Under the pieces are notes generated by a model, which was not told the DNA's origin, ran no database searches, and saw nothing but the letters and a program-made list of their open reading frames with translations. DNA of 64,000 bases from an uncultured Eubacteriales bacterium (GTDB taxonomy: Bacteria; Bacillota; Clostridia; Oscillospirales; JAKOTC01): assembly GCA_964587625.1 (NCBI GenBank), contig CAZPLU010000005.1, forward strand, positions 10,091-74,090. The letters run 5' to 3'. Made by a program: the position numbers and the translations under genes. Of this stretch, positions 1 to 8,908 are shown piece by piece (position 1 is the stretch's first letter; the number at the start of each line of letters is the position of its first letter).

Positions 1-153
1 TTCGGAATCAAGGTCTCCCACTCGCACAGACGCTCCAACAGAACTTGGAAGCCCAATGTGCGCCGCGTCAAAGCCATCGTCGGCGGCACTCCGAAAAGGA
101 TTCACGTCTGTGCGCGCTGCCTGCGTTCCAACAAGGTAACACGCGCTATATAG
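1..153 (+). CDS. rpmB: 50S ribosomal protein L28, 3' part (5' end cut by window edge)
   Basis: Frame-1 translation FGIKVSHSHRRSNRTWKPNVRRVKAIVGGTPKRIHVCARCLRSNKVTRAI* matches the conserved L28 core (SHSxxRxxRxWxPN ... RVCxxCL). Stop TAG at 151-153. Confidence 0.85.
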   Translation, partial: FGIKVSHSHRRSNRTWKPNVRRVKAIVGGTPKRIHVCARCLRSNKVTRAI

Positions 154-196
154 CGCGGCGTTGTATAGCGCGGGGTTGTATAAGCGCGGGGTTGCC
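142..196. repeat. Perfect 16-nt palindrome CGCGCTATATAGCGCG (142-157) spanning the rpmB stop, followed by about 2.5 tandem copies of G(C/G)(G)TTGTATA(A)GCGCGG
   Basis: Read directly: cgcgctatatagcgcg / gcgttgtatagcgcgg / ggttgtataagcgcgg / ggttgcc. Confidence 0.6.
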
Positions 197-217
197 TGAG
201 ACATCTGCTTTTTAAAA

Positions 218-250
218 GCGGGACGGATTTATCCGTCCCTTCTTTCGTTT
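218..250 (+). terminator. Intrinsic terminator after rpmB
   Basis: GGGACGG-ATTTAT-CCGTCCC stem-loop (220-239) followed by the T-rich run TTCTTTCGTTT. Confidence 0.7.
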
Positions 251-336
251 AACGGTTGCATTTTTACTTCATTTATTGTAAAATGAAACCTGTATCCTGC
301 AGAGATTTTGGAATTTGAGTGAAAAGAGGATTGTAT

Positions 337-2037
337 ATGAAGAGCAAACGTAACTACAAGGTACGCCATATCTCGGACATTCGCCAGATGATGCGTTCCA
401 GCGTGGAGATTTTCGGCGACCATACCGCTTTTTTAATAAAAGACAGTGAAGGCGGCACGTATAAACCCATCAGTTTTAAACGCTTCAGATCCGATGTCGA
501 GGGGCTCGGCACGGCGCTTTGGGACCTCGGCTTCAACGGCAAGCGCATCGTCGTCATCGGTGAAAATTCTTATGAATGGGCGCTGACTTATATGACCGCG
601 GTTTGCGGGCTCGGCGTCATCGTTCCGGTGGACAAGGAACTGCCTGTCGAAGAAATTGAAAATATCGTCAAACTCTCCCAAACGGCTTTGATCATCCATG
701 CGGACGAATCGGCGCCGAAAGTAGAATCCATCCACGGCATTACAAAAATCCCTTTTTCACAGCTTGGCGCACTCATTCAAAAAGGCGGAAAACTGATCGC
801 CAACGGTGAGGAGAGATACCTCAACGCCCCAATCGATCCGGATGTGCTTTCCGTTTTGCTGTTCACTTCGGGCACGACCGGCGTCTCGAAAGGCGTGATG
901 CTCTCCCACACCAATATCTGCTTTGATCTGATGCAGATGTGTATGATGTGCTATATCGACGACAAGGACGTCTTTTTGTCCGTGCTGCCCCTGCATCACA
1001 CCTACGAATGCACCTGCGGATTTTTGTGTCAAATCTACCGCGGCTCCACGATCGCCTACAGCGAGGGGCTGCGCTATATCACCAAGAACATGCAGGAAGC
1101 AAAGGTCACGATGATGCTCTGCGTTCCGATTCTGATTGAATCGATGTATAAAAAAATCTGGCAGGGCGCAGAGAAAAAAGGCAAAGCCGAGACCTTGAAA
1201 AAGGCCATCAAATTAAATAACGCCCTCAAAAAGACCGGCATCGATATGTCCAAAAAGCTGTTCAAAGACATCCACAACACCTTCGGCGGGCATCTGCGCA
1301 TGCTGATCTCGGGCGGCGCGGCTGTCGATCCGCAGGTCATGTCCGGTCTGCGCGACCTCGGCATCAAAGCCATCCAGGGCTACGGGCTGACCGAATGCGC
1401 CCCGATTGCCGCGCTCAACCGTGACCATTATTTCAAAGACGAATCGGCCGGGCTCGCGCCGCCCGACGGCAAGCTCGAAATCTTTAACGCCGGCCCCGAC
1501 GGCACCGGAGAAATCCGTTATCAAGGTCCCAACGTGATGCTCGGATATTACGACGCGCCCGAATTGACCGCCGAGATCATCAACGACGGATGGCTGTATA
1601 CCGGCGACCTCGGTTATATCGACAAAGAGGGCTTTTTGTATATCACCGGCCGCAAGAAAAATGTCATCGTCACCGCCAACGGCAAAAACGTCTTCCCCGA
1701 GGAGCTTGAGACCTATTTGGCCCGGGATCCGTTTGTCAAAGAGAGCGTCATCGTCGGCATCATGAACGAGCGCAAGCGCGATTATGACATCGTCGCCATC
1801 GTCGTGCCGGACGAGGAGAAGTTTACCGAGGAATACGGCCCGGGATATACCGCGCAGCAGGTGAAGGCCAAGCTTGAGGCGGCCGTGGAAACCGTCAACC
1901 AGATCATGCCGGCCTACAAGCGCATGACCGTCACAATTGTGCGCAACGAGGAATTCGTCAAGAACACCTCTCGCAAGATCAAGCGGTTCGGCATTGTTGA
2001 ATCGGTGATGGAGCAATATAAAAAGATTGCGTTTTAA
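337..2037 (+). CDS. Long-chain fatty acid--CoA ligase / AMP-dependent synthetase (FadD-like)
   Basis: AMP-binding signature LFTSGTTGVSKGV, plus GYGLTE, TGDLGYIDKEGFLYITGRKKN and a C-terminal KIKR. ATG at 337 sits 6 nt after AAAGAGGA, so it is preferred over the upstream GTG at 319. Confidence 0.85.
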   Translation: MKSKRNYKVRHISDIRQMMRSSVEIFGDHTAFLIKDSEGGTYKPISFKRFRSDVEGLGTALWDLGFNGKRIVVIGENSYEWALTYMTAVCGLGVIVPVDKELPVEEIENIVKLSQTALIIHADESAPKVESIHGITKIPFSQLGALIQKGGKLIANGEERYLNAPIDPDVLSVLLFTSGTTGVSKGVMLSHTNICFDLMQMCMMCYIDDKDVFLSVLPLHHTYECTCGFLCQIYRGSTIAYSEGLRYITKNMQEAKVTMMLCVPILIESMYKKIWQGAEKKGKAETLKKAIKLNNALKKTGIDMSKKLFKDIHNTFGGHLRMLISGGAAVDPQVMSGLRDLGIKAIQGYGLTECAPIAALNRDHYFKDESAGLAPPDGKLEIFNAGPDGTGEIRYQGPNVMLGYYDAPELTAEIINDGWLYTGDLGYIDKEGFLYITGRKKNVIVTANGKNVFPEELETYLARDPFVKESVIVGIMNERKRDYDIVAIVVPDEEKFTEEYGPGYTAQQVKAKLEAAVETVNQIMPAYKRMTVTIVRNEEFVKNTSRKIKRFGIVESVMEQYKKIAF

Positions 2038-2049
2038 ATGATTTAAAGA

Positions 2050-2080
2050 AACACCTCCGCGGCCGCGGAGGTGTTTTTCG
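2050..2080 (+). terminator. Intrinsic terminator after the acyl-CoA ligase gene
   Basis: Perfect palindromic stem CACCTCCGCGG/CCGCGGAGGTG followed by TTTTT. Confidence 0.85.
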
Positions 2081-2170
2081 TTCAGGGCCGGCGTCAAAGT
2101 CACCCCGGAGCGGCATGACGACCTTTTACCCGGGGACATACCTTTTACTTTTCAAACCTTGTCCGTTTGG

Positions 2171-3964
2171 CTATAATAATTTTTGCTTTTTCAGCAGCTG
2201 GTGAAGCGGCGGGATGAGCGCAATTTGTAATGCGATCAAGACGCCCGCTTTAATCAGACGGATCGGCATGATCGCAATCAACCCCTGCCCGAAGAACTCC
2301 ACCAGCCAATAGGTATCCAGGCACAGTGAAAACGCGACGGTACACAACACCGAAGCCGTGACCACTTTCCACAACCGATACCGGTAACGATATAGGAACA
2401 GACCGAGCACCGCGCCGTACAGCGCCGATGAAACCGTAAATCCGTAAAAAAACGGGCCTACCGGGAACAAGATTGCGCCGAGAAATTCCGCGATACCCCA
2501 GGCGAGCCCCGCCCACGGACCGTATAAAATCGCGAGCGCCGCGATCGGTAAAAATCCGAGGTGAAATTGCACAGTCGGCAGTTTGATCGATAAAAACCGG
2601 TGCAGAATGATTTCCAAAGCGATCATCAACGCAATGGTGACAACCATCTTCAAGACCTCATGACCGCTCATTTTGGGCTTTTTGGCCTCGGGGAAGCAGT
2701 CATAGACCTCTTTTGCGGAAAAAAACGAGCCGAAACAGCAGATCGGGAGATCGGTTTTTTTCTGAAGCGCCTTCGCCTCGGCAATGCCTTTTTTTATGCT
2801 GTCCGCGGGATAGACATCATTGACATACGGGGATATGTTCCGCGCCAGCTCATCGGCGGCCAGCGCGCGCGGATTCGGTGGCGCGACGGCGACCGCATGA
2901 GCGGCAAGCGGCGCAAACTCCGCAATCATCTCGCGGTAATCCTTGTCGGCGAGGACACCCATGACGAAGATGAATTTTTGATTCGGGAACATCTGTTTGA
3001 GTGAGGATGTGAGTGCTTTGACCCCGTGGAGGTTATGCGCGCCGTCGAACAAGACCACCGGCTTTTTTGAGATAAACGCCATTCGCCCCGGCCAGACCGC
3101 GTTTTGAAGCCCTTTGCGGATGGCGGAATCGGAAATTTCAAAGCCCTTTCGGCGCAGCACTTCGATGTTTTTGAGCGCGACCGCGACGTTTTTGCTTTGG
3201 TAACCGCCGCACAGCGAAAGCCGCAGATCTTTGAGCGCACCGTAGTCGAAGACCAATCCGTTCCGGTCGCAGGACTTGACCTGCACCCGCTCGCTTTCCG
3301 CAATATACAGCCGTGAACCCGTCTCTTTGCAACGGTTTTCCAAGACCTTTGCCGCCTCCGGCTGCTGCGCATCGCTGACGACATCGCTGCCTTGCTTGAT
3401 GATACGGGCCTTTTCGCCGGCGATCTGTTCGAGCGTGTCGCCGAGTTCCCTCATATGATCCATGCCGATGGCCGTGATGATGACGCTGACGGGATTCGTG
3501 ATCGTGTTGGTCGCGTCGAGCCGCCCGCCTAAACCTGTTTCAAGCACCACCACGTCGCATTTTTTTTCGGCGAAATACAAAAACGCCAGCGCTGTGACAA
3601 ATTCGAATTCGGTCGGCAGTTCCCCGTAGCTCTTTTCCAGCTGTTTTGCCGCGTTTTTGACCGAGACGATTATTTTTTTCAACTCGCCGTCGGTAATGTT
3701 GACGCCGTTGATCCCGATGCGTTCATTGAACTCAAACAGCGCCGGAGAGATGTAGCGACCGGTTTTATATCCGGCGGCGTGCAAAATTCGGGCGGTCATT
3801 TCCACCACCGAGCCCTTGCCGTTGGTTCCGGCGACATGGATGCACCTGACTTTTTCCTGCGGGTCGCCGAGCAGTTTTAAAAGCGCCGATATCCGTTCCA
3901 ATCCGAGATAACTGCCCTGCCTGACCGCGCCTTGCAATATTTTTTTGGAACGTTCAAAATCCAT
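2171..3964 (-). CDS. folC: Fusion protein: folylpolyglutamate synthase/dihydrofolate synthase (FolC) N-terminal ~420 aa plus a folate ECF-transporter S-component (FolT-like) C-terminal ~170 aa
   Basis: The N-terminus has the Mur-ligase P-loop HVAGTNGKGS and a FolC-like layout. The C-terminus (VLKMVVTIALMIALEIILHRFLSIKLPTVQFHLGFLPIAALAILYGPWAGL...FPVGPFFYGFT...) is a 5-6 TM segment resembling FolT. It is one uninterrupted ORF with RBS AAGGGGGA. Confidence 0.8.
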   Translation of the reverse strand: MDFERSKKILQGAVRQGSYLGLERISALLKLLGDPQEKVRCIHVAGTNGKGSVVEMTARILHAAGYKTGRYISPALFEFNERIGINGVNITDGELKKIIVSVKNAAKQLEKSYGELPTEFEFVTALAFLYFAEKKCDVVVLETGLGGRLDATNTITNPVSVIITAIGMDHMRELGDTLEQIAGEKARIIKQGSDVVSDAQQPEAAKVLENRCKETGSRLYIAESERVQVKSCDRNGLVFDYGALKDLRLSLCGGYQSKNVAVALKNIEVLRRKGFEISDSAIRKGLQNAVWPGRMAFISKKPVVLFDGAHNLHGVKALTSSLKQMFPNQKFIFVMGVLADKDYREMIAEFAPLAAHAVAVAPPNPRALAADELARNISPYVNDVYPADSIKKGIAEAKALQKKTDLPICCFGSFFSAKEVYDCFPEAKKPKMSGHEVLKMVVTIALMIALEIILHRFLSIKLPTVQFHLGFLPIAALAILYGPWAGLAWGIAEFLGAILFPVGPFFYGFTVSSALYGAVLGLFLYRYRYRLWKVVTASVLCTVAFSLCLDTYWLVEFFGQGLIAIMPIRLIKAGVLIALQIALIPPLHQLLKKQKLL

Positions 3965-4061
3965 AAATAAAATTCCCCCTTAAATTCGGCGTTTGCCGCA
4001 TAAGGAGAAATGTGTAATACAACAATAATCACTGTTTGGGAAAAATGATTATCCCCGGTAT

Positions 4062-4160
4062 GCAGCAGCGGGATGCGAAATCTGCACCGCAAGAAATCTT
4101 TTCGTCCGCCCGACAACTCCCCGTTCGAGCGGCACTTAACGCGCAAATCCCTACTCTGCC
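4062..4160 (-). promoter_or_regulatory. THF (tetrahydrofolate) riboswitch aptamer in the folC-folT leader
   Basis: The minus strand reads GGCAGAGUAGGGAUUUGCGCGUUAAGUGCCGCUCGAACGGGGAGUUGUCGGGCGGACGAAAAGAUUUCUUGCGGUGCAGAUUUCGCAUCCCGCUGCU. This contains the conserved THF-riboswitch blocks AGAGUAG, GCGUUAAGUG, GGGA, ACGAA, GCGGUG and GCAUCC(C)GCU in the canonical order. Confidence 0.8.
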
Positions 4161-4195
4161 ATTCAATTGTCGCGCGGTTTGCACCGCACGAATAA

Positions 4196-4224
4196 ATCAT
4201 AGCACACGCCCGATCGCTTTTCAA
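4196..4224 (-). promoter_or_regulatory. Sigma-70-type promoter driving the THF riboswitch and folC-folT
   Basis: Minus strand TTGAAA - 17 nt - TATGAT, about 30 nt upstream of the aptamer. Confidence 0.5.
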
Positions 4225-4298
4225 GTGTCCGGCATGCAATTGTGCCTATAAATTAAATACAAAAATCTGTGGGGAAGCGGATGTTTTTCGTTTATTAT

Positions 4299-5138
4299 TT
4301 ATGATTGGAATAATTTTAGGAACTCCTCGAGCGTGAGGTTGTTTTCCATGATATAACGCGCATTTTCCGGACCGACGAACCGGTAGTGCCAGGGCTCGTA
4401 ATCGATTGAAGTGATTTCTTCTTTGCCCTCGGGAAATCGCAGGATAAACCCATATTTCGCGCAGTTTGCAATCAGCCATTTGAATTCGTCGGTCTGGTCG
4501 AATTTCGAGGTCAGCGAGGCGTTGTTCTCATACCACCCCATGCTGACGATGTCCACCGCAAGACCCGTGCCGTGCTCACTTGTCCCCGGAGGCGCCACGA
4601 TTTTAGCGGCCTCGATCTCGGCCTCCTCGCGCGTGTTGCCGTCATCTATAAACTCGTTGATTTTCGCAGTAAACAGCTCTTCCTGCCGCTGCATGCTGCG
4701 GTAGGAAGATATCACATTCAATTTGATCCCGTCGGCCTTGGCGTCGTTGATCATCGCCTGAAGATAAGACAGCGCCCGTGCGTCGATTTTCCGCGTGGAG
4801 CTGAAATTCGCAAGCTCAACCTGGAAATTTTCGGGGAGTGTATGATCTTTATTGACCAACACCAAAGCCCAGTCAAAATTGGGGTTGCGCGTAAACGCGG
4901 AAACGGAGACCGCCGGCTCGATCGACGATTCCGGTTCGGCTGTGCTCTCGATTCTGTTCGGCATATTTTCCAATATCAAATCGGATTCCTCGGAAACGAC
5001 CGGTTGGCTCGGAACCACGATCGTATTCAACCCCACGGCGGCCGACGACGACAAAGCGACTGTTGATGTCGGGACTTTGATCGCGCATCCCGCAGACAGG
5101 AGCAGAGCGGATATTAAGATGAGAAGGAATTTTTTCAT
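4299..5138 (-). CDS. D-alanyl-D-alanine carboxypeptidase, VanY / peptidase M15B family lipoprotein
   Basis: Motifs SYRSMQRQ, SEHGTGLAVDI and EPWHYRFVG. Lipoprotein signal MKKFLLILISALLLSAGC. Start set at that Met (5138) rather than the upstream ORF Met. Confidence 0.85.
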   Translation of the reverse strand: MKKFLLILISALLLSAGCAIKVPTSTVALSSSAAVGLNTIVVPSQPVVSEESDLILENMPNRIESTAEPESSIEPAVSVSAFTRNPNFDWALVLVNKDHTLPENFQVELANFSSTRKIDARALSYLQAMINDAKADGIKLNVISSYRSMQRQEELFTAKINEFIDDGNTREEAEIEAAKIVAPPGTSEHGTGLAVDIVSMGWYENNASLTSKFDQTDEFKWLIANCAKYGFILRFPEGKEEITSIDYEPWHYRFVGPENARYIMENNLTLEEFLKLFQS

Positions 5139-5322
5139 GTTCAATTTGTGCCTTTCGATAATCACCTGACGGTAATCGCCGTCGATTATTATACCACTTC
5201 CGCTCTTTTTGTCAACCGCCGGAGCAGCGGGAAAGATTCCGGAATAAAAAACGGACAAAAAATCGCACGATAAGAAATTGAAAAAGGTTATGCCGCGGAC
5301 GTAAATATCGACCGGGAATCGT

Positions 5323-6492
5323 TCAAATCCTATCCGTTTTGATTTTTCTGCCTAAAATCGTTTTGACTTTGACGCCGTCCGCGTTTGGATAGGCGAAATC
5401 GGAATACACGATATAGGCCTCGTTTTCGCCGGTCGGGACGATTTCGCTGTAAGAGCAGGTCTTTGTTTGCATATCCCCCGGAGCGATGAGTTCGATCCGG
5501 TCGTCCCAGTCGAGCCCCGCTCCATCGGCGGTCGCCCGCAAAAACAATCCCGGCCTGCCGTAACTTGCCAAGGTCACACCGTTTTTGAGCGCGCACAGGC
5601 ACGGCCAAACCCCGTTGTTATCGAACGCTTTCGGTCGGCTCCAATTCTCGCCCCCATCGAAACTTTTTGCATAATAGGTCGGCCCGATGCCGTTACCGTC
5701 GGTGGTGCGCAGCAGGCAAAATACCGAACCGTCGGGCAAAAAACAGATATCCGGTTCGCTGAACCCGTCCCGGGCGCGATAATGATCATCCGCGTTCGGA
5801 TCGGGTTGATAGGGGATTCTGCTGAGATAGAAAAAGGTCTCGCCGCCGTCGTCCGAGACGCAAAACAGCGCGCCGTTTGCGGGCTTGGAGTTGCCGATGA
5901 AAAAATAGGGATATCCGACGGCCCAGATACGTCCGTTCGGCGCTTTCCGAACGCGCCAAAACATCGGTCTCGGCAGCACGCCTTCGCCGGTGTAAGCCGC
6001 CGCGTCGGGTACATGGATATTTTTCCAAACCGTTGTGGGTGTCCTACCTTCTCCGGTGATTTCAAAGGGAAACCGCCAAAACTCTTCGGGTAGTTTTTCC
6101 GCTCTGTAGACATTGCGCCTCAACCCGTAAGAAATTAAGAAGCCGTCGGGTTTTTCGGGGAGCGTCATGTCCGAGAGCGGCAGAGCCGCCGCAATTTTAT
6201 GGCGCAGATACCGATCGCCCGAAATGGGCACGCCGCCGCCCGGGTTGCCGCATTCTCGCCAAGTGACGCCGCCGTCCGCGCTGACCGCGTGGCCTTTGGG
6301 CTTGCCGTAAGCCAACGCGGAGTCCTTGCCGATATGATATTCGCAGTAGAGTTTGCCGCCGAGCCGCTCGACCAGCGGGAACTGGCAGATGCCCCAATGA
6401 TCCCGGTCGGACGGAAGCGGCGGCGACTGCGCGATGATCACGGGATCACCGAGTTCGATTTTTACACGGGCTGCCGATTTTTGACTTCTCAT
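5323..6492 (-). CDS. BNR/Asp-box repeat protein, sialidase-superfamily beta-propeller, no signal peptide
   Basis: Three Asp-box motifs: SADGGVTW, SDDGGETF and SFDGGENW. Start at MRSQKS, preceded by GGAAGGA. Confidence 0.6.
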   Translation of the reverse strand: MRSQKSAARVKIELGDPVIIAQSPPLPSDRDHWGICQFPLVERLGGKLYCEYHIGKDSALAYGKPKGHAVSADGGVTWRECGNPGGGVPISGDRYLRHKIAAALPLSDMTLPEKPDGFLISYGLRRNVYRAEKLPEEFWRFPFEITGEGRTPTTVWKNIHVPDAAAYTGEGVLPRPMFWRVRKAPNGRIWAVGYPYFFIGNSKPANGALFCVSDDGGETFFYLSRIPYQPDPNADDHYRARDGFSEPDICFLPDGSVFCLLRTTDGNGIGPTYYAKSFDGGENWSRPKAFDNNGVWPCLCALKNGVTLASYGRPGLFLRATADGAGLDWDDRIELIAPGDMQTKTCSYSEIVPTGENEAYIVYSDFAYPNADGVKVKTILGRKIKTDRI

Positions 6493-6671
6493 CGTAAAAA
6501 TCCTTCCCGAAATTTTCAACATCGTTTATTTTATCATAGGATCACCGGTTTTTCAACGGCTCTTTGCGCGCTTATGCCCCTGCCCTATGCAAAACGGCGT
6601 TTTTATGGTATACTGGTCTTTGACAAAATGTAAGTGATTTTGTCGAATACATCACGGAGTTATTGCAATCA

Positions 6672-7322
6672 ATGAGGACCTTTATATTTGATCTCGACGG
6701 CACCTTGGTCAATTCTCTGCCCGATATTCAAACGGCGGCAAACAAGGCCTTTCACGCCGTGAATCTCCCGCCCCGCTCCCTTGAAGAAGTCCGGCTTCAT
6801 GTCGGACACGGACTGGACGATTTTATTAAAAGCATCAACCGGCCGCACATCGTCACCGACCGAGAACTCTCGGTCATAAAAACCGTCTACGATGAATATT
6901 ATAAAAACCACCTGGTTGATTTGACGACCGTTTATGAAGGTGTTATCGACCTGCTCGAAAAGCTGCGTAAAATGGGTTGTCTGCTGATCATCGCCTCCAA
7001 TAAAACCGATCTTTATGTTAAAATTATCGCAGACAAGCTCTTTGCCGGGCTGTTTGACGACGCAATCGGACAGATGGCGCATTTCCCGCCCAAACCCCGC
7101 CCCGATCTCGGACAATATATCATGGACAAATACGGACTTTCGGCGGCCGACTGCGTGATGGTGGGGGATTCCAAATTCGACACTGCGTTTGCCAAGAACT
7201 GCGGGTTTTATTCCGTCGGAGTGCGCTGGGGATTTTCGGAACCCGGGGAATTGGAAACAGCGGGCACCGATCTGATTGTCGAAAGAGCCGATGCGATTCT
7301 CGACCTCGCCCGAATTTCCTGA
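6672..7322 (+). CDS. HAD-superfamily phosphatase (phosphoglycolate phosphatase-like)
   Basis: Motif I FDLDGTLVNS, motif II IASNK, motif IV VGDSKFD. Confidence 0.8.
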   Translation: MRTFIFDLDGTLVNSLPDIQTAANKAFHAVNLPPRSLEEVRLHVGHGLDDFIKSINRPHIVTDRELSVIKTVYDEYYKNHLVDLTTVYEGVIDLLEKLRKMGCLLIIASNKTDLYVKIIADKLFAGLFDDAIGQMAHFPPKPRPDLGQYIMDKYGLSAADCVMVGDSKFDTAFAKNCGFYSVGVRWGFSEPGELETAGTDLIVERADAILDLARIS

Positions 7323-7391
7323 TTTTTGCGATTGTCCAAACAGCGGTATTTAGGTATAATGAAACACGTAGACGCTTTTCGGAGATTTAAC

Positions 7392-8864
7392 ATGAAAAAA
7401 ATTGTTTCCATTTTGATTATCGCATTATTGACCGGTTGCGCGCCGTTTTCTCCCGGTGGGGGCTCTTCGATCCCGCCCGTTTCGTCTTCCCCGGCCATCA
7501 AACCGGCATCGGCTGCCTCGGCCGAGCATTCGTTTGCCCAATCAAGCGAAGCATTGTCGGGTGAGCCGCAATCGGCCGAGGGCTCCGCGGTCAAATCCTC
7601 AAAAACAACCGCGTCTTCCGGCGTTTCCGAACGGAGCGAATCCGCGAAACCGAGCGAGACCGAGTCGAGCAAACCCTTGGTCTCCCCCCGACCGGAGTCG
7701 TCCGCATCAAGCGGTTCCGAGACGTCAAGCGCACAATCGTCTCCGCCCCATTCCGAATCGTCAGATGAGATGCGCGGCATTTGGATCTCGTTTTATGAGC
7801 TCACCGACATCATCGATTACGGCGAATATAAAACCCGCATCGACACGATGTTTGACACGGCGAAAGCGACCGGATTCAACGCGGTCTTTTTCCATGTGCA
7901 TGCCTTTGCCGACGCCATGTATCCCTCCGAGATCTTCCCCTTCACCCACCGCATCGGGTATAAAACCCCGGGCGGCGACCCGATTCAGGGCGTAGACCCC
8001 GGTTATGACCCGCTCGCCTATGCGGTGAGCGCGGCGCACAAGCGCGGTCTCCAACTGCACGCGTGGTGGAATCCCTATCGCATCTGGACGCTGTCGGACG
8101 ATATCAGCGCTTTGTCCGAAAACAATCCCGCGTATATTTTTCGGAACAGCGATGATCCGGCTCTTAAAAATTATGTGCTCTCAACCGGAAAGGGACTCTA
8201 TTATAATCCCGCCGAGCAGGGGGTTCGGGATCTGATTTCGGCCGGTATCGCTGAGATGCTCAGCAACTATGCGGTCGACGGCGTCCATTTCGACGATTAT
8301 TTTTACCCCACGACCGATGCGACATTTGATGCGGTTTCCTATGCGATTTATAAAAACGGCGGGGGTCTGTTGTCAATGGCCGACTGGCGCAGGGAAAACG
8401 TCGATAAGCTGTTGTTGCAGGTTCATGCTTTATGCGCTTCGAAGGGCGTCCCGTTCGGCGTCAGTCCCGCGGGAAACATCAGCCGCGTCGTCGATACGAT
8501 GTATGCCAACGTCGCGCTCTGGGGCAGTTCATTCGGGTATGTCGACTACCTCTGTCCCCAGATTTATTGGGGCTTCAAGCACGATACCATGCCGTTTTCA
8601 GGCGCGCTTAACGACTGGCTCGGTTTGGTCACCCACCCCTCGGTGAAACTCTATATCGGGCTGCCCGCCTATAAGCTCGGGGAGACCGATTCCGGAGCCG
8701 GTTCCGGAAAAAACGAATTCAAGAATGACAAAGAGATTATCAAACGAATGGTGCTGACCGCGCGCGCAGTTGATTGTGACGGATTTATCGTCTACAGTTA
8801 TACCGCAATGGCCGGCAGCGCCAACGCAAAAGAGGCAAACGTGCTGAAAGAATTATTGGTGTAA
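7392..8864 (+). CDS. Lipoprotein with a Ser-rich linker and a glycosyl-hydrolase-like 10 (GHL10/YngK-type) TIM-barrel domain
   Basis: Lipobox MKKIVSILIIALLTGC, about 120 aa of S/P/E-rich low complexity, then RGIWISFYEL...FNAVFFHVHAFADAMYPS, typical of the GHL10 family. Confidence 0.6.
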   Translation: MKKIVSILIIALLTGCAPFSPGGGSSIPPVSSSPAIKPASAASAEHSFAQSSEALSGEPQSAEGSAVKSSKTTASSGVSERSESAKPSETESSKPLVSPRPESSASSGSETSSAQSSPPHSESSDEMRGIWISFYELTDIIDYGEYKTRIDTMFDTAKATGFNAVFFHVHAFADAMYPSEIFPFTHRIGYKTPGGDPIQGVDPGYDPLAYAVSAAHKRGLQLHAWWNPYRIWTLSDDISALSENNPAYIFRNSDDPALKNYVLSTGKGLYYNPAEQGVRDLISAGIAEMLSNYAVDGVHFDDYFYPTTDATFDAVSYAIYKNGGGLLSMADWRRENVDKLLLQVHALCASKGVPFGVSPAGNISRVVDTMYANVALWGSSFGYVDYLCPQIYWGFKHDTMPFSGALNDWLGLVTHPSVKLYIGLPAYKLGETDSGAGSGKNEFKNDKEIIKRMVLTARAVDCDGFIVYSYTAMAGSANAKEANVLKELLV

Positions 8865-8908
8865 GCGCGGCAGCAAACGCACGCAGGTGCGTTGGGAGGT
8901 AAAAGGAC

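Noticed and set aside
1213-2139. 308-aa minus-strand ORF inside the first acyl-CoA ligase gene
   Set aside because: It is an antisense shadow ORF of a GC-rich gene. It has no motifs and low-complexity R/G/D/V composition, and it runs through the plus-strand terminator.
7208-7780. 190-aa minus-strand ORF overlapping the HAD gene end and the Ser-rich linker of the GHL10 lipoprotein
   Set aside because: It is the reverse complement of a low-complexity Ser/Pro/Glu-coding region. It has no RBS and overlaps two supported genes.
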